From: an uncultured Lachnospiraceae bacterium
Lineage (GTDB): Bacteria; Bacillota; Clostridia; Christensenellales; UBA1242
Assembly (NCBI GenBank): GCA_964646345.1
Contig: CAZYDU010000001.1
Location: 12,583 to 76,582 of the forward strand
DNA: 64,000 nt
Reading direction: 5' to 3'
Position numbers and translations under genes: made by a program
Notes under the pieces: model-generated
What the model was told of the DNA's origin: nothing
Seen by the model: only the letters and a program-made list of their open reading frames with translations
Databases searched by the model: none
Shown here: positions 1 to 9,648 of the stretch, in pieces
How the letters are laid out: each line of letters begins with the position of its first letter
Position numbering within the stretch: the first letter of the stretch is position 1

Positions 1-566
1 TTATTGCCATTTTTATCTTTGCCACTTATATAATAACTTATGTCACGAAGCGACCTATCATTCACATCTAGGCATCTATGAAATAAAATATTATTAACGT
101 CAATATCAAGCTTGTTTCCGTTGAAAATATGATTATCAATCATCGCACACAAAAGATTGTTTGCAGACGTTATAGCATCAAAATCTCCCGTAAAACTCAA
201 ATTAATATCTTCCATTGGAAGCACTTGACTGTATCCGCCACCAGCAGCACCACCTTTAATCCCGAAAACAGGACCAAGAGATGGCTCACGGAGTGCAAGT
301 GACACTTTCTTATTTTTTAATGCTAAAGCATCTGCAAGACCAATGGATACTGTTGTTTTTCCAATACCAAACTTTGTTGGACTCATTGCTGTAACAAGTA
401 TTAGTTTGCCTTGATTTCCACTATCTAAATATTTTTGATAATTTTTTACCTTTGCTATGGTATCGCCATACTTACTAAGGTCACTTTCTGCAATATTGAG
501 TTTAAGTGCAATTTCTTCAATAGGCAGAAGTTTTGATTCTTGTGCAATTTCAATATCAGTTTTCAT
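1..566 (-). CDS. fhs: formate--tetrahydrofolate ligase, N-terminal part (3' end lies outside the window)
   Basis: Not in the ORF track because it runs off the window edge. Own translation from ATG at 566-564 gives [25 protein letters not shown]...[20 protein letters not shown]...[19 protein letters not shown], a typical FTHFS N-terminus and P-loop. GGAG RBS upstream. Confidence 0.85.
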   Translation of the reverse strand, partial: MKTDIEIAQESKLLPIEEIALKLNIAESDLSKYGDTIAKVKNYQKYLDSGNQGKLILVTAMSPTKFGIGKTTVSIGLADALALKNKKVSLALREPSLGPVFGIKGGAAGGGYSQVLPMEDINLSFTGDFDAITSANNLLCAMIDNHIFNGNKLDIDVNNILFHRCLDVNDRSLRDISYYISGKDKNGN

Positions 567-1518
567 TCGCATTATTCTCCTTTAAATAATTTATAATTTC
601 TTTTTCAACTAAATTCTCAGCACTTGTCAAACTATCTATAATCAAACACCCCGAAGCATTTTTATGTCCGCCACCGCCAAATTTTTCTGCAATTTTAGAT
701 ACATCATATTCAAACTTTGACCTAAAAGAACAATGTATGCCGTCTATTTTTTGCTTTAAAATTACACCAATTTTGTAACCACAATTTAAAAATGAATTTG
801 GCAAATTTCCAATATTTTCATTTTCACTAGCACCAAATCTTTCATAATCTGAAGTTGACACACTCATTATTACAAACTTATATTCTTCATTAACTATTGC
901 ACCCATTATTGCATTAGAAGTTAAATATAAGTTTTCAATCGTTCTTTTATCGAAAAACTCACTATAAACCTTTCTTATTTCTGCTTGTTTTTCCAAAAGT
1001 TCAGAACAAACCAGGAATGTTTTTGAATCGGTATTATTATTTCTAAATATTCCGGTGTCTCCACATATCGCTAGATACAAAGCCGTTGCAATTTCTTTTG
1101 TGATTTTTATTTTCATAAGTTTTAAAAGATCATAAATAACAATAGCACACGCACTTTCTGGTTTCACAACTTCATGTTTAGCAAATCTTGAACCATTTGC
1201 ATGATGGTCAATTTTCGCCGTATTTGTAAAACCACAAAAAGGTTCTTCATATTTACCCAATAAGTTACTCGAAGCCACATCTACTGATAAATACAAATCA
1301 AAACCCGACAAGTCCATTTTGTTATATTCTTCAAAGCCTTCCAAAAAAGAATAATTGCCAGTCATTTCATCATCACAAAACAATCCAACATTTTTGCCAA
1401 GTTTTAGTAGTGCTAATCTCAAAGCTAATGCTGAACCAATCGCATCAGGGTCTGGACTTTTATGTGAAAAGATAGCAATATTTTTAGATTTCTTTATTAA
1501 ACTTATAATATTTCGCAT
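556..1518 (-). CDS. nrnA: DHH/DHHA1 phosphoesterase, NrnA-like oligoribonuclease/pAp phosphatase
   Basis: 320 aa ORF with [18 protein letters not shown] and GGGHKNASG motifs (DHH and DHHA1). Confidence 0.8.
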   Translation of the reverse strand: MRNIISLIKKSKNIAIFSHKSPDPDAIGSALALRLALLKLGKNVGLFCDDEMTGNYSFLEGFEEYNKMDLSGFDLYLSVDVASSNLLGKYEEPFCGFTNTAKIDHHANGSRFAKHEVVKPESACAIVIYDLLKLMKIKITKEIATALYLAICGDTGIFRNNNTDSKTFLVCSELLEKQAEIRKVYSEFFDKRTIENLYLTSNAIMGAIVNEEYKFVIMSVSTSDYERFGASENENIGNLPNSFLNCGYKIGVILKQKIDGIHCSFRSKFEYDVSKIAEKFGGGGHKNASGCLIIDSLTSAENLVEKEIINYLKENNANEN

Positions 1519-1668
1519 GAATTTCTCCTTACTTATTTAATAATAGCACAATTTTTAGCATTCACAAACAAAAACAAAGTTTTATTTATCAAATTTCAAC
1601 ATAAAAAGACATCTTGAGCACATTTAGCAAGAAATGTTTTCAAAATGTCTAGAATTGAAACTTGACTT

Positions 1669-2493
1669 TTAAGCAAAATTTTTCAGAAAGTTATTTGCAT
1701 TACAAAAAAAGATTTTATCTATAGCTTTTTCAGTGTATCCCATTTTTAGCAACCCTTTTGAGACTTTACTAATTAAACCGGAGTAATCTTTGATACCCTT
1801 AGGCATGTGCTTAGTTCCGTAAAAATCCGTGCCAATGGCAAGATTATCAATGCCGTAATGACAAGCAAAATAATCTATGTGGCAAATTATATCATCAACA
1901 ATACATTTCTTTTCGCCACTAATAAAATCACTAACCAAACACAAACCAACAAGCCCACCACTCTCACAAATCATTTTTATTTGATAATCTTTTAAGTTTC
2001 TTGGGTTGTTACAAAGCGAAAAACATGCAGTATGAGAGCAAAACAAGGGCTTATTTGACACCTTTGCAACATCTAAAAAACTACTTTCATTTAAGTGTGC
2101 CAAATCAATTTTTATGTAATTATCTTCAAGCTTTTTCACAACAAGTTTACCAAAATTGGATAGTCTGCCAGTTTCAAAAGCACCACCCGCCAATGCGTTA
2201 CAATTATTCCATGTAAGTCCCGCATAAATTGGTTTAAACTTAACAAAATCATTCAAGTTATCTTTATTTAAAAAATGCAAATCTTCGACAGCTAAAAATA
2301 ATTTTTCATTTTTATTTACAAAATCCCTAGCTTTATCTAGCATAACAAACGAATCATGCTCATTCATTTCAGACGTCCAAATAGCTGAAACAATAGTCTC
2401 TGCATCGCATGATTTGTTTAAATATTTTTGTTTTTTATGGTCCTTTGGTATTTGCAAAAAATAATCATTATGTAAATCAAAGAGTTTATACAT
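1669..2493 (-). CDS. membrane dipeptidase family (peptidase M19) protein
   Basis: FDLHNDY start motif, LTWNNCNALAGG, IDLAHLNE, SHTA, GTDFYG pattern as in M19 dipeptidases. Start moved to the ATG (MYKLFDLHND); the ORF-track start is an upstream extension. Confidence 0.65.
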   Translation of the reverse strand: MYKLFDLHNDYFLQIPKDHKKQKYLNKSCDAETIVSAIWTSEMNEHDSFVMLDKARDFVNKNEKLFLAVEDLHFLNKDNLNDFVKFKPIYAGLTWNNCNALAGGAFETGRLSNFGKLVVKKLEDNYIKIDLAHLNESSFLDVAKVSNKPLFCSHTACFSLCNNPRNLKDYQIKMICESGGLVGLCLVSDFISGEKKCIVDDIICHIDYFACHYGIDNLAIGTDFYGTKHMPKGIKDYSGLISKVSKGLLKMGYTEKAIDKIFFCNANNFLKNFA

Positions 2494-2570
2494 ATTATAA
2501 TATATTGCGAAAAACAACAAAATTATACAAAAAATAAAAAAATAGTTGCTTAAATTAAAGCAACTATCAT

Positions 2571-3053
2571 TTAGTCTTCATTTCTAATTATATGTTTAAG
2601 TTCATAATCTTTATCTTTTAAAATTTGTTTTAAGTTTCCCGGACGAATATCAACATCATCAAGATTTTGAATATCAAACCATTTGAAAATTAGATGCACA
2701 ATTTTGCCTTCGTCATTTTCATCAACTTCCCAATCTTTTAGCTTATCATCAGGTATTTCGCCTTGCATCAAATAATAAAAACTAATCTCATGAAAACGTT
2801 TATCCTTTTTGCTAGGAAAAAAACTTTCCATCATCAAGATTAATTTTGCATCATCAAAACCAACTTCAACTTCTTCTTTAATCTCACGAATAACTGCTGT
2901 TTTGCTATCTTCATTTAAATGAATATGCCCACCAGGACAACACCAAAATTCATTGGTTTTAATTTTGCACATCAAGACTTTATTATCATGCACAATCAAG
3001 CCATTTGCCCTAACTTTTAGTTTTGAATTTCCGTCATTGATTTCTAAATCCAT
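2571..3053 (-). CDS. NUDIX hydrolase
   Basis: Nudix box GGHIHLNEDSKTAVIREIKEEVEV in a 160 aa ORF. Confidence 0.75.
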   Translation of the reverse strand: MDLEINDGNSKLKVRANGLIVHDNKVLMCKIKTNEFWCCPGGHIHLNEDSKTAVIREIKEEVEVGFDDAKLILMMESFFPSKKDKRFHEISFYYLMQGEIPDDKLKDWEVDENDEGKIVHLIFKWFDIQNLDDVDIRPGNLKQILKDKDYELKHIIRNED

Positions 3054-3080
3054 AATTCTCTCCTTAAATATTTTTTATAA

Positions 3081-3106
3081 ACAAAAACTGCCCAAGTCGG
3101 CAGTCT
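3081..3106 (-). terminator. rho-independent terminator after rny
   Basis: Stem ACTGCC (3087-3092) / GGCAGT (3099-3104), followed by a T-run on the minus strand. Confidence 0.6.
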
Positions 3107-3115
3107 TTATTTGTT

Positions 3116-4669
3116 TTATGAAGCAACATCAGTTGCTCTTGTTTCACGAATAATATTAACTTTGATTTGACCAGGATATTCAAGTTCTGATTCAATTTTT
3201 CTCGCTATTTCCTTTGCCAAAATAACCATTGAAGCATCATCAACTTCTTCAGGTCTAACAGCAATACGGATTTCACGTCCAGCTTGAATGGCATAAGATG
3301 AATCAACACCTTTGAAACTATTAGCGATTTCTTCAAGTTTTTCAAGACGTTTTACGTAAGCATCTAAGCTTTCACGTCTTGCACCAGGTCTTGCAGATGA
3401 AATTGCATCAGCAACCTGAACAAGAATTGCTTCAATAGATTTAAACTCAACACCACCATGATGAGCTTCGATACAATGAATAACTTCTGGGCTTTCTTTG
3501 TATTTCTTTGCAACATCAACACCGATTGAAACGTGAGTTCCTTCCATTTCAAAGTCTAGAGCTTTTCCAATGTCATGAAGAAGTCCTGCACGTTTCGCTA
3601 AACTTACATTTGCACCAAGCTCACCAGCTAAAAGCCCTGCAATATAAGATGTTTCCAAGCTGTGTTTTAATACATTTTGACCATAGCTTGTTCTGTATTT
3701 AAGTCTACCCAAAATCTTAATGAGTTCTGGGTGAAGATTGAATACACCAGCTTCAAAACTTGCGTTTTCACCAGCTTCTTTGATGGTTTTTTCAATATCC
3801 TTTTTAACTTTTTCAACGATATCTTCAACACGTGCTGGGTGAATACGACCGTCAGTTATAAGTTTTTCTAGTGTTAATCTTGCAACTTCCCTTCTAATGG
3901 GGTCAAAAGAAGAAAGAATAACAGCATCAGGAGTATCATCAACAATCAAGTCAACTCCTGTTGCATTTTCAATGGCACGAATATTACGACCTTCACGACC
4001 AATAATTCTACCTTTCATTTCATCAGTTGGCAGAGCAACAGTTGTTACAGTTACATCTGCAGTTTGGTCAGTTGCACATTTTTGAATGGCTAAAGTAATA
4101 ATATCTCTTGCTTTTTTCTCGCCTTCTTCTTGGGCTTGTTGTTCAATTTCACGAACAATATTTCCCGCATCTTTTCTTGCATCATCAATAATTGAATCAA
4201 CAACTTGTTTTTTTGCTTCTTCTCTTGAAAGATTTGCAACTTTTTCAAGCTCTTTAGCAATATTTTCTCTTTCTTTTAAGATGTCTAGTTTAGCATTTTC
4301 AAGGTCTTGTTTTTTGTTTTCCAAGTCTTGTTTTGCATCGTCAATCGACTGCATTTTTTTATCCAAAATATCATTTTTCCTGTCAAGATTTTCTTCTTTT
4401 TCTAAAATTCTTGACTCCATTTTTTGGATTTCACTTCTTCTTTCTCTACATTCATTTTCTGTGTCAGTTTTTAATTTTAAAACTTCTTCCTTGGCCTCTA
4501 AAACGGCTTCTTTTTTAATTGAAGATGCTTTTTCTTCAGCATCTTTAATAGCTTTTTCAGCAATATTTTTAGCATTACCTAGTTTTTTTTCGATTACTTG
4601 CTTTGTAATAAAATAACTAGCAGTTCCACCTAAGCCCAAGGAAACAATTATAGCAATAGCATAAAACAT
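3116..4669 (-). CDS. rny: ribonuclease Y
   Basis: N-terminal TM helix, long coiled coil, KH motif [17 protein letters not shown] motif LLHDIGKA. 517 aa. Confidence 0.95.
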   Translation of the reverse strand: MFYAIAIIVSLGLGGTASYFITKQVIEKKLGNAKNIAEKAIKDAEEKASSIKKEAVLEAKEEVLKLKTDTENECRERRSEIQKMESRILEKEENLDRKNDILDKKMQSIDDAKQDLENKKQDLENAKLDILKERENIAKELEKVANLSREEAKKQVVDSIIDDARKDAGNIVREIEQQAQEEGEKKARDIITLAIQKCATDQTADVTVTTVALPTDEMKGRIIGREGRNIRAIENATGVDLIVDDTPDAVILSSFDPIRREVARLTLEKLITDGRIHPARVEDIVEKVKKDIEKTIKEAGENASFEAGVFNLHPELIKILGRLKYRTSYGQNVLKHSLETSYIAGLLAGELGANVSLAKRAGLLHDIGKALDFEMEGTHVSIGVDVAKKYKESPEVIHCIEAHHGGVEFKSIEAILVQVADAISSARPGARRESLDAYVKRLEKLEEIANSFKGVDSSYAIQAGREIRIAVRPEEVDDASMVILAKEIARKIESELEYPGQIKVNIIRETRATDVAS

Positions 4670-4830
4670 GATTTGTTCCCCCCTAAAATATATGTATAAA
4701 CAAAAAAAATTAAACCTATTTTGTTTTATTTACCCATATAATAATATTATCATAGTATTTTCTTTTAGTCAAGTAATCAAGGGGCTTAGCATAATATTAC
4801 TTATAGCAAATTTTGTAGAATTTTAGACAT

Positions 4831-4862
4831 GAAAAAAGACATTTGGAAAATCCAAAATGTCC
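4831..4862 (-). terminator. rho-independent terminator after recA
   Basis: Stem GACATTTGG (4838-4846) / CCAAAATGTC (4852-4861), with a T6 run on the minus strand. Confidence 0.6.
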
Positions 4863-4869
4863 TATTATT

Positions 4870-5910
4870 TTAATCTGCTGGTTCATCAACTTCGGTATTT
4901 GGAATAGCAACTGCTTTAACTTTTTCAGCAATTTCTTCACAAAAAGCAACATTTTCAACGAGCATTTTTCTAACATTTTCTCTGCCTTGACCAATTTTCT
5001 CGCCGTTATAGCTAAACCATGCACCACTCTTTTGAATGATATCATTTTGCACAGCCAAGTCAAGTATACAACTTTCGTTTGAAATACCTGCACCAAAAAT
5101 CATATCAAATTCAGCAGTTTTGAATGGTGGAGCACATTTATTTTTAACAACTTTAACCTTGGTTTTCGCACCAATAGTAGCATCTCCTTCTTTGATTAAC
5201 TCGCCTTTTCTAACATCAAGACGAACACTTGAATAGAATTTCAAAGCTTTTCCACCAGGAGTTGTTTCAGGACTACCAAACATAACACCAAGTTTATCAC
5301 GTAATTGGTTAATAAATATAACACAAGTTTTTGTTTTAGCAACAATACCTGTAAGTTTTCTCAAAGCTTGACTCATTAGTCTAGCTTGCAAACCCATGTG
5401 ACTGTCGCCCATTTCGCCATCAATTTCAGCTTTTGGAGTGAGTGCCGCAACAGAGTCAACAACCAAAATATCAATAGACCCAGACCTAACCAAACTTTCA
5501 GCAATCTCAAGACCTTGCTCGCCATTGTCAGGTTGTGAAACGTAAAGATTATTAATATCAACCCCAAGTCTTGCAGCATATGTTGGGTCAAGAGCATGTT
5601 CAGCATCGATAAAAGCTGCAGTGCCACCAAGTTTTTGAGCTTCTGCAACAATATGAAGTGATACTGTTGTTTTACCTGAACTTTCAGGTCCATAGATTTC
5701 AACAATTCTTCCCCTTGGTACACCACCAACACCCAAAGCCAAATCAAGGCTCAAGCAACCAGTTGGAATAACATCAATATTTTGCACGCTATATTCGCCC
5801 AAACGCATGATGCTACCTTTGCCATATTCTTTTTCGATTTGAGCTATTGCCTGCTCCAAATTTTTTGCTTTATCATTAGTTTTTTCAACGTCTTTTTCTT
5901 TAACAGCCAT
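4870..5910 (-). CDS. recA: recombinase RecA
   Basis: [12 protein letters not shown]alker A and FIDAEHALD. Full-length 346 aa RecA-like sequence. Confidence 0.98.
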   Translation of the reverse strand: MAVKEKDVEKTNDKAKNLEQAIAQIEKEYGKGSIMRLGEYSVQNIDVIPTGCLSLDLALGVGGVPRGRIVEIYGPESSGKTTVSLHIVAEAQKLGGTAAFIDAEHALDPTYAARLGVDINNLYVSQPDNGEQGLEIAESLVRSGSIDILVVDSVAALTPKAEIDGEMGDSHMGLQARLMSQALRKLTGIVAKTKTCVIFINQLRDKLGVMFGSPETTPGGKALKFYSSVRLDVRKGELIKEGDATIGAKTKVKVVKNKCAPPFKTAEFDMIFGAGISNESCILDLAVQNDIIQKSGAWFSYNGEKIGQGRENVRKMLVENVAFCEEIAEKVKAVAIPNTEVDEPAD

Positions 5911-5921
5911 AAAATTCTCCT

Positions 5922-6557
5922 TTATTCGTCAACTTCTTCTTCAGCTTCTTGAAGTTCAATACTTGGTTTTGAGAGTTGTTTTATTGCACTTACTGTATAA
6001 TTTACGCAAGAAACAACAGATAAAACAACACCAATAATCATAAGTGATAGACCAAATACTTGAACATAACGTAAGAAGTCGCTATTTGTAACTTTTGTTA
6101 AACCGATATATAAAATCAAAACCATTGAAGCTAAATCCAAGAAAAACGATTTAACTTTGCCGAAAATATCGGCAGCGATAACAACATTATTATTAGCAGC
6201 AACCATTCTGATACCACTAATTAAAATGTCACGAAGAACAACAATTAAAAGCATTAAAACAGCAAGCCAATTTGCAGTAACAGAAATTTTGCCAAATAAG
6301 ACCAAAATCATTGCTGTTGTTGTGATAAATTTATCAGCAATTTGGTCCATAAATTTGCCAAAATCAGTGATTAAATTGTATTTTCTAGCAATGTGACCAT
6401 CTAAAAAGTCAGTTAAACATGCTAAAACATAAATACCAAGAGCAATAAACACACCGATACCCTTTGAAATTGGTAATAAAAACATTAAAACCATGAGTGG
6501 TGTGCAGAAAATTCTTACCATTGTAAGAGCGTTTGGAACATTCATTTTAAATTTCAT
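5922..6557 (-). CDS. pgsA: CDP-diacylglycerol--glycerol-3-phosphate 3-phosphatidyltransferase
   Basis: CDP-alcohol phosphatidyltransferase motif [27 protein letters not shown]. Start set at the ATG (MKFKMNVPN) 9 nt after AAGGAGA. Position before recA matches Bacillus. Confidence 0.85.
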   Translation of the reverse strand: MKFKMNVPNALTMVRIFCTPLMVLMFLLPISKGIGVFIALGIYVLACLTDFLDGHIARKYNLITDFGKFMDQIADKFITTTAMILVLFGKISVTANWLAVLMLLIVVLRDILISGIRMVAANNNVVIAADIFGKVKSFFLDLASMVLILYIGLTKVTNSDFLRYVQVFGLSLMIIGVVLSVVSCVNYTVSAIKQLSKPSIELQEAEEEVDE

Positions 6558-7953
6558 TTTGTACATCTCCTTGTAAATCATAACCCTTAACTTTTGTTAT
6601 TTTCACTTTATAAATTTTCCCAATTTCAAGCGGAACTTTAGACTTGAAAAATACTAAAGTATCAGCTTCAGGAGTTTGATATTGACTTCTTCCAAAGAAT
6701 AATTGTTTTTCATAGTCAATACCTTCATAGCAAACATCTAAAGTTTTTCCAACAAAACTTTTATTGATTTCATTTGCAATCTTTTGCTGAATACGCATAA
6801 GTTTTAAAAGCCTGCGGGTTTTTATATCATCAGGGATTTGGTCAACGAAGTTCGCAGCAGTTGTGTCAGCTTCTTTTGAGTAAGCGAAAAATCCAACATG
6901 CATGAGCTTGTATTTTTGAATAAACTCAACAAGTTCATCAAAATCCTTATCAGTCTCCCCAGGAAATCCTACCATATAAGTCGTTCTAATTGCAATAAAT
7001 TCAGGTGCATTTTTGATTTTTTCTAGCAAATTAACTATATCTTTTTGGCAAGTTTTTCTATTCATTCGTTTCAAAACTTTATCGGAAACATGTTGAAGCG
7101 GAATGTCAATATATTTGCAAACCTTAGGATTATTGATGATTTCATTTAAAAGTTCATCTGAGAGTTTTTCAGGATAACAATACAAAAGTCGAATCCATTT
7201 TAAGTCTTCAATCGTTGAAAGTTTCTTTATAAGCTTAACAATTTCAGGCTTGCCGGTTTTGTCTTCGCCGTATCTTGAAATATCCTGGGCAACTAAGATA
7301 AGTTCACTTGCACCATTTTCAACAAGTTTCACTGCTTCTTCATACAAATTATCAATATCCATTGACCTGTAACGCCCGCGAATAAACGGAATCGTACAGA
7401 ATGTGCAAAAGTTATCACAGCCGTCCGCAATTTTTAAATATGCATAGTGCATTGGAGTTGTGACAACTCTATTTTTTATGAAAGGCAAACTTTTCGTGCT
7501 TCCAACTTTCACAATTTTTTTACTGCTATCAAAAGATGCTTTCAAAATGTTTGCAATCTCTGGATAACTATCAATACCCAAAACAATATCTATTTCAGGA
7601 AATTCATTTAATATATTTGAAGACCACCTTTGTGGCAAACAACCGGTAACAACCAATCTCTTGCAACGATATTTCGGATTTTTTCTATATTGAACCATCT
7701 CAGCAATAGCTTCCATTGATTCATTTCTTGCTGTCTCAATAAAACCACAAGTATTAATGATAATTATATCCGCATTTGATGCATCGGCAGTGAATTTGTA
7801 TCCAGCTTCAAATAAATAGGTCAGCATAATTTCAGAATCAACTCTATTTTTATCGCAACCCAAAGAAATTACCCCAACATTCATAGGTCTTGTTATGGTA
7901 GCATTCGTTTCTTTTGTATTTGTTTTTTGTTTAGCTTTTGTAGTTTCAGCCAT
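6547..7953 (-). CDS. rimO: ribosomal protein S12 methylthiotransferase RimO (MiaB-family radical SAM)
   Basis: ISLGCDKNRVDSE N-terminal MTTase motif, radical SAM CDNFCTFC, C-terminal TRAM-like domain. Confidence 0.85.
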   Translation of the reverse strand: MAETTKAKQKTNTKETNATITRPMNVGVISLGCDKNRVDSEIMLTYLFEAGYKFTADASNADIIIINTCGFIETARNESMEAIAEMVQYRKNPKYRCKRLVVTGCLPQRWSSNILNEFPEIDIVLGIDSYPEIANILKASFDSSKKIVKVGSTKSLPFIKNRVVTTPMHYAYLKIADGCDNFCTFCTIPFIRGRYRSMDIDNLYEEAVKLVENGASELILVAQDISRYGEDKTGKPEIVKLIKKLSTIEDLKWIRLLYCYPEKLSDELLNEIINNPKVCKYIDIPLQHVSDKVLKRMNRKTCQKDIVNLLEKIKNAPEFIAIRTTYMVGFPGETDKDFDELVEFIQKYKLMHVGFFAYSKEADTTAANFVDQIPDDIKTRRLLKLMRIQQKIANEINKSFVGKTLDVCYEGIDYEKQLFFGRSQYQTPEADTLVFFKSKVPLEIGKIYKVKITKVKGYDLQGDVQNEI

Positions 7954-7959
7954 TTGATA

Positions 7960-9633
7960 TTAGTCCTCCAAATCCTTAATTATAAGGTCAAGTTCGGTGT
8001 CGTTAACCATTGCGGATTTTATGTGTGTAATCTTTCCATTTGAAATATTATAATAAAGTGCATCACTTTCTTCAGGCAAATCTTCAGCACCCTTTTCGCC
8101 AATAGTAAATCTTGAATCTTCATCACTTTTAAAGCTGATTCTTGAAGATAAGTTATAGTTAACTTGATTTGATTCAATAGGCAACTTTGCGGTTACCACA
8201 CAATAAACTCCTGCAATTCTTCCAAATTTTAATATTTGATAAAGACAAGTGTTAATTTTGTCTTTATCGGTCGCCTGAGACGCTGATGTATAGTTATTAA
8301 ACACAACATTTATATAAGGCATAGTAGAAAATCCACCAGAAACTGCACCTTCATTATAGCCTTCGACAGTCTTTACACCAAGTTCCGCCATTTTGTCGTA
8401 TCTATTATCTATTTCCTTTGCAATCTCAATCAAAGTATCAGCAATTTCTTTATTTGTTTTTGCAATACGATTGAAATAAAGGTAAGAACTTTTATTGTAA
8501 ACTTCAAAGGAACTATCAATATTAGAATCCAAAAGCACAAAATTAACATCATGATAACTATTTTTTAAGCATAAGCTCAAAATCATGGAATTTAAAAATG
8601 AATTTGTAATAAGATCGTTTTTACCAAAAACTGCAAGATTAAAATGTTCTTTGAAATTGCCAAAAATCGTTTCAGCCTTTTCATTTTTTCCCATAATATA
8701 TGAGAGTTTATCAGTATTCTTAAACTCGTCAGTGGTTATTTCATTGATAAATTTAAAATCTTCAATGATTTGATATTTTGAACTTATAATTTTCTTTTCT
8801 TCAGCTTCCGCTTGTTTTTCCTTTTCAGCATTTTCACTTTCTTTAAGCTCGTTTTGCAAGATTTCTTTAAGTTGATTAAAGTCAGTGATAATATCCAAAT
8901 CTTCGTCTGATGTTTGTGGATTAGCTGTTTCTTTGCTCGAAACATTTTCTAAAACTTTGTTAGATTCTTCAGGTTCAGCAACGGATTCTTCCAATTCGTC
9001 AACAGAAGTTTCTTTAGCATTATCCAAATCTTCAGATTCTTCGGAAATATTTTCAGTTTGTTCTAATGTTTCTTCAGAATCTTCCATAATCTCAACTTTT
9101 TCATCTTCATCAAATTTTGGTTCAATGTCAATACTGGTATTAAAATCATTATTAAAATCGTCTTCCGAATTTGTTTCTTCAGTGTCTTTGATTTCGTTAT
9201 TTTCAACATCGCTGGTATCAAATTCTTCAGTGTCCATATCTTCTAGCAATTCATTAAGCAAATCATCTAATTCATGTTTGTTTTTTGATTCTGGTGGTGG
9301 AGTTGGTTTTTCAGGTTCTGAAGCAGGCTGAGCCGATGGAACTGTGTCATCTTTGACTTCAAAAGCCGAGAAAGCACTAAATTTAGATAAGTTTTCTTCA
9401 CTTAATCCTTCATCTTCTTGAACTTTATCAGAACTAGCTTCGCTGGAATTTAATTCATTTACTTCAGATTCTGCACTATCTGAAGCATTTGAATTTTCCA
9501 ACTGAATTTCTTCTCTATTTGGATTGTAGTCATTATACATATTTGGGTCAGATTCAACGCCACGTTCTCTATCAAGTTCTTCCCTAGCTTTTTTTAATTC
9601 TTCTAAATCAACACCACTTACATTTTTATCCAA
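7960..9633 (-). CDS. acidic protein with a degenerate (Walker A/B-less) FtsK/SpoIIIE-like C-terminal domain
   Basis: TTG start 7 nt after GAGGA, 15 nt downstream of the ftsK stop. The N-terminal ~300 aa are D/E/S-rich. The C-terminal ~230 aa are collinear with the FtsK motor, but GSTGSGKS is replaced by FGKNDLITNS and IVDELAE by VVFNNYTS. Confidence 0.6.
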   Translation of the reverse strand: MDKNVSGVDLEELKKAREELDRERGVESDPNMYNDYNPNREEIQLENSNASDSAESEVNELNSSEASSDKVQEDEGLSEENLSKFSAFSAFEVKDDTVPSAQPASEPEKPTPPPESKNKHELDDLLNELLEDMDTEEFDTSDVENNEIKDTEETNSEDDFNNDFNTSIDIEPKFDEDEKVEIMEDSEETLEQTENISEESEDLDNAKETSVDELEESVAEPEESNKVLENVSSKETANPQTSDEDLDIITDFNQLKEILQNELKESENAEKEKQAEAEEKKIISSKYQIIEDFKFINEITTDEFKNTDKLSYIMGKNEKAETIFGNFKEHFNLAVFGKNDLITNSFLNSMILSLCLKNSYHDVNFVLLDSNIDSSFEVYNKSSYLYFNRIAKTNKEIADTLIEIAKEIDNRYDKMAELGVKTVEGYNEGAVSGGFSTMPYINVVFNNYTSASQATDKDKINTCLYQILKFGRIAGVYCVVTAKLPIESNQVNYNLSSRISFKSDEDSRFTIGEKGAEDLPEESDALYYNISNGKITHIKSAMVNDTELDLIIKDLED

Positions 9634-9648
9634 AATCTTATCCTCACT

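Noticed and set aside
4086-4616. 176-aa plus-strand ORF antisense to rny, and similar S/F/L-rich antisense ORFs at 8885..9331, 29362..29826, 45611..46039, 20614..21030 and 47715..48065
   Set aside because: They lie fully inside strongly supported minus-strand genes. They have low-complexity composition typical of the antisense frame of AT-rich lysine/glutamate-rich genes, and they lack RBS or recognisable motifs.
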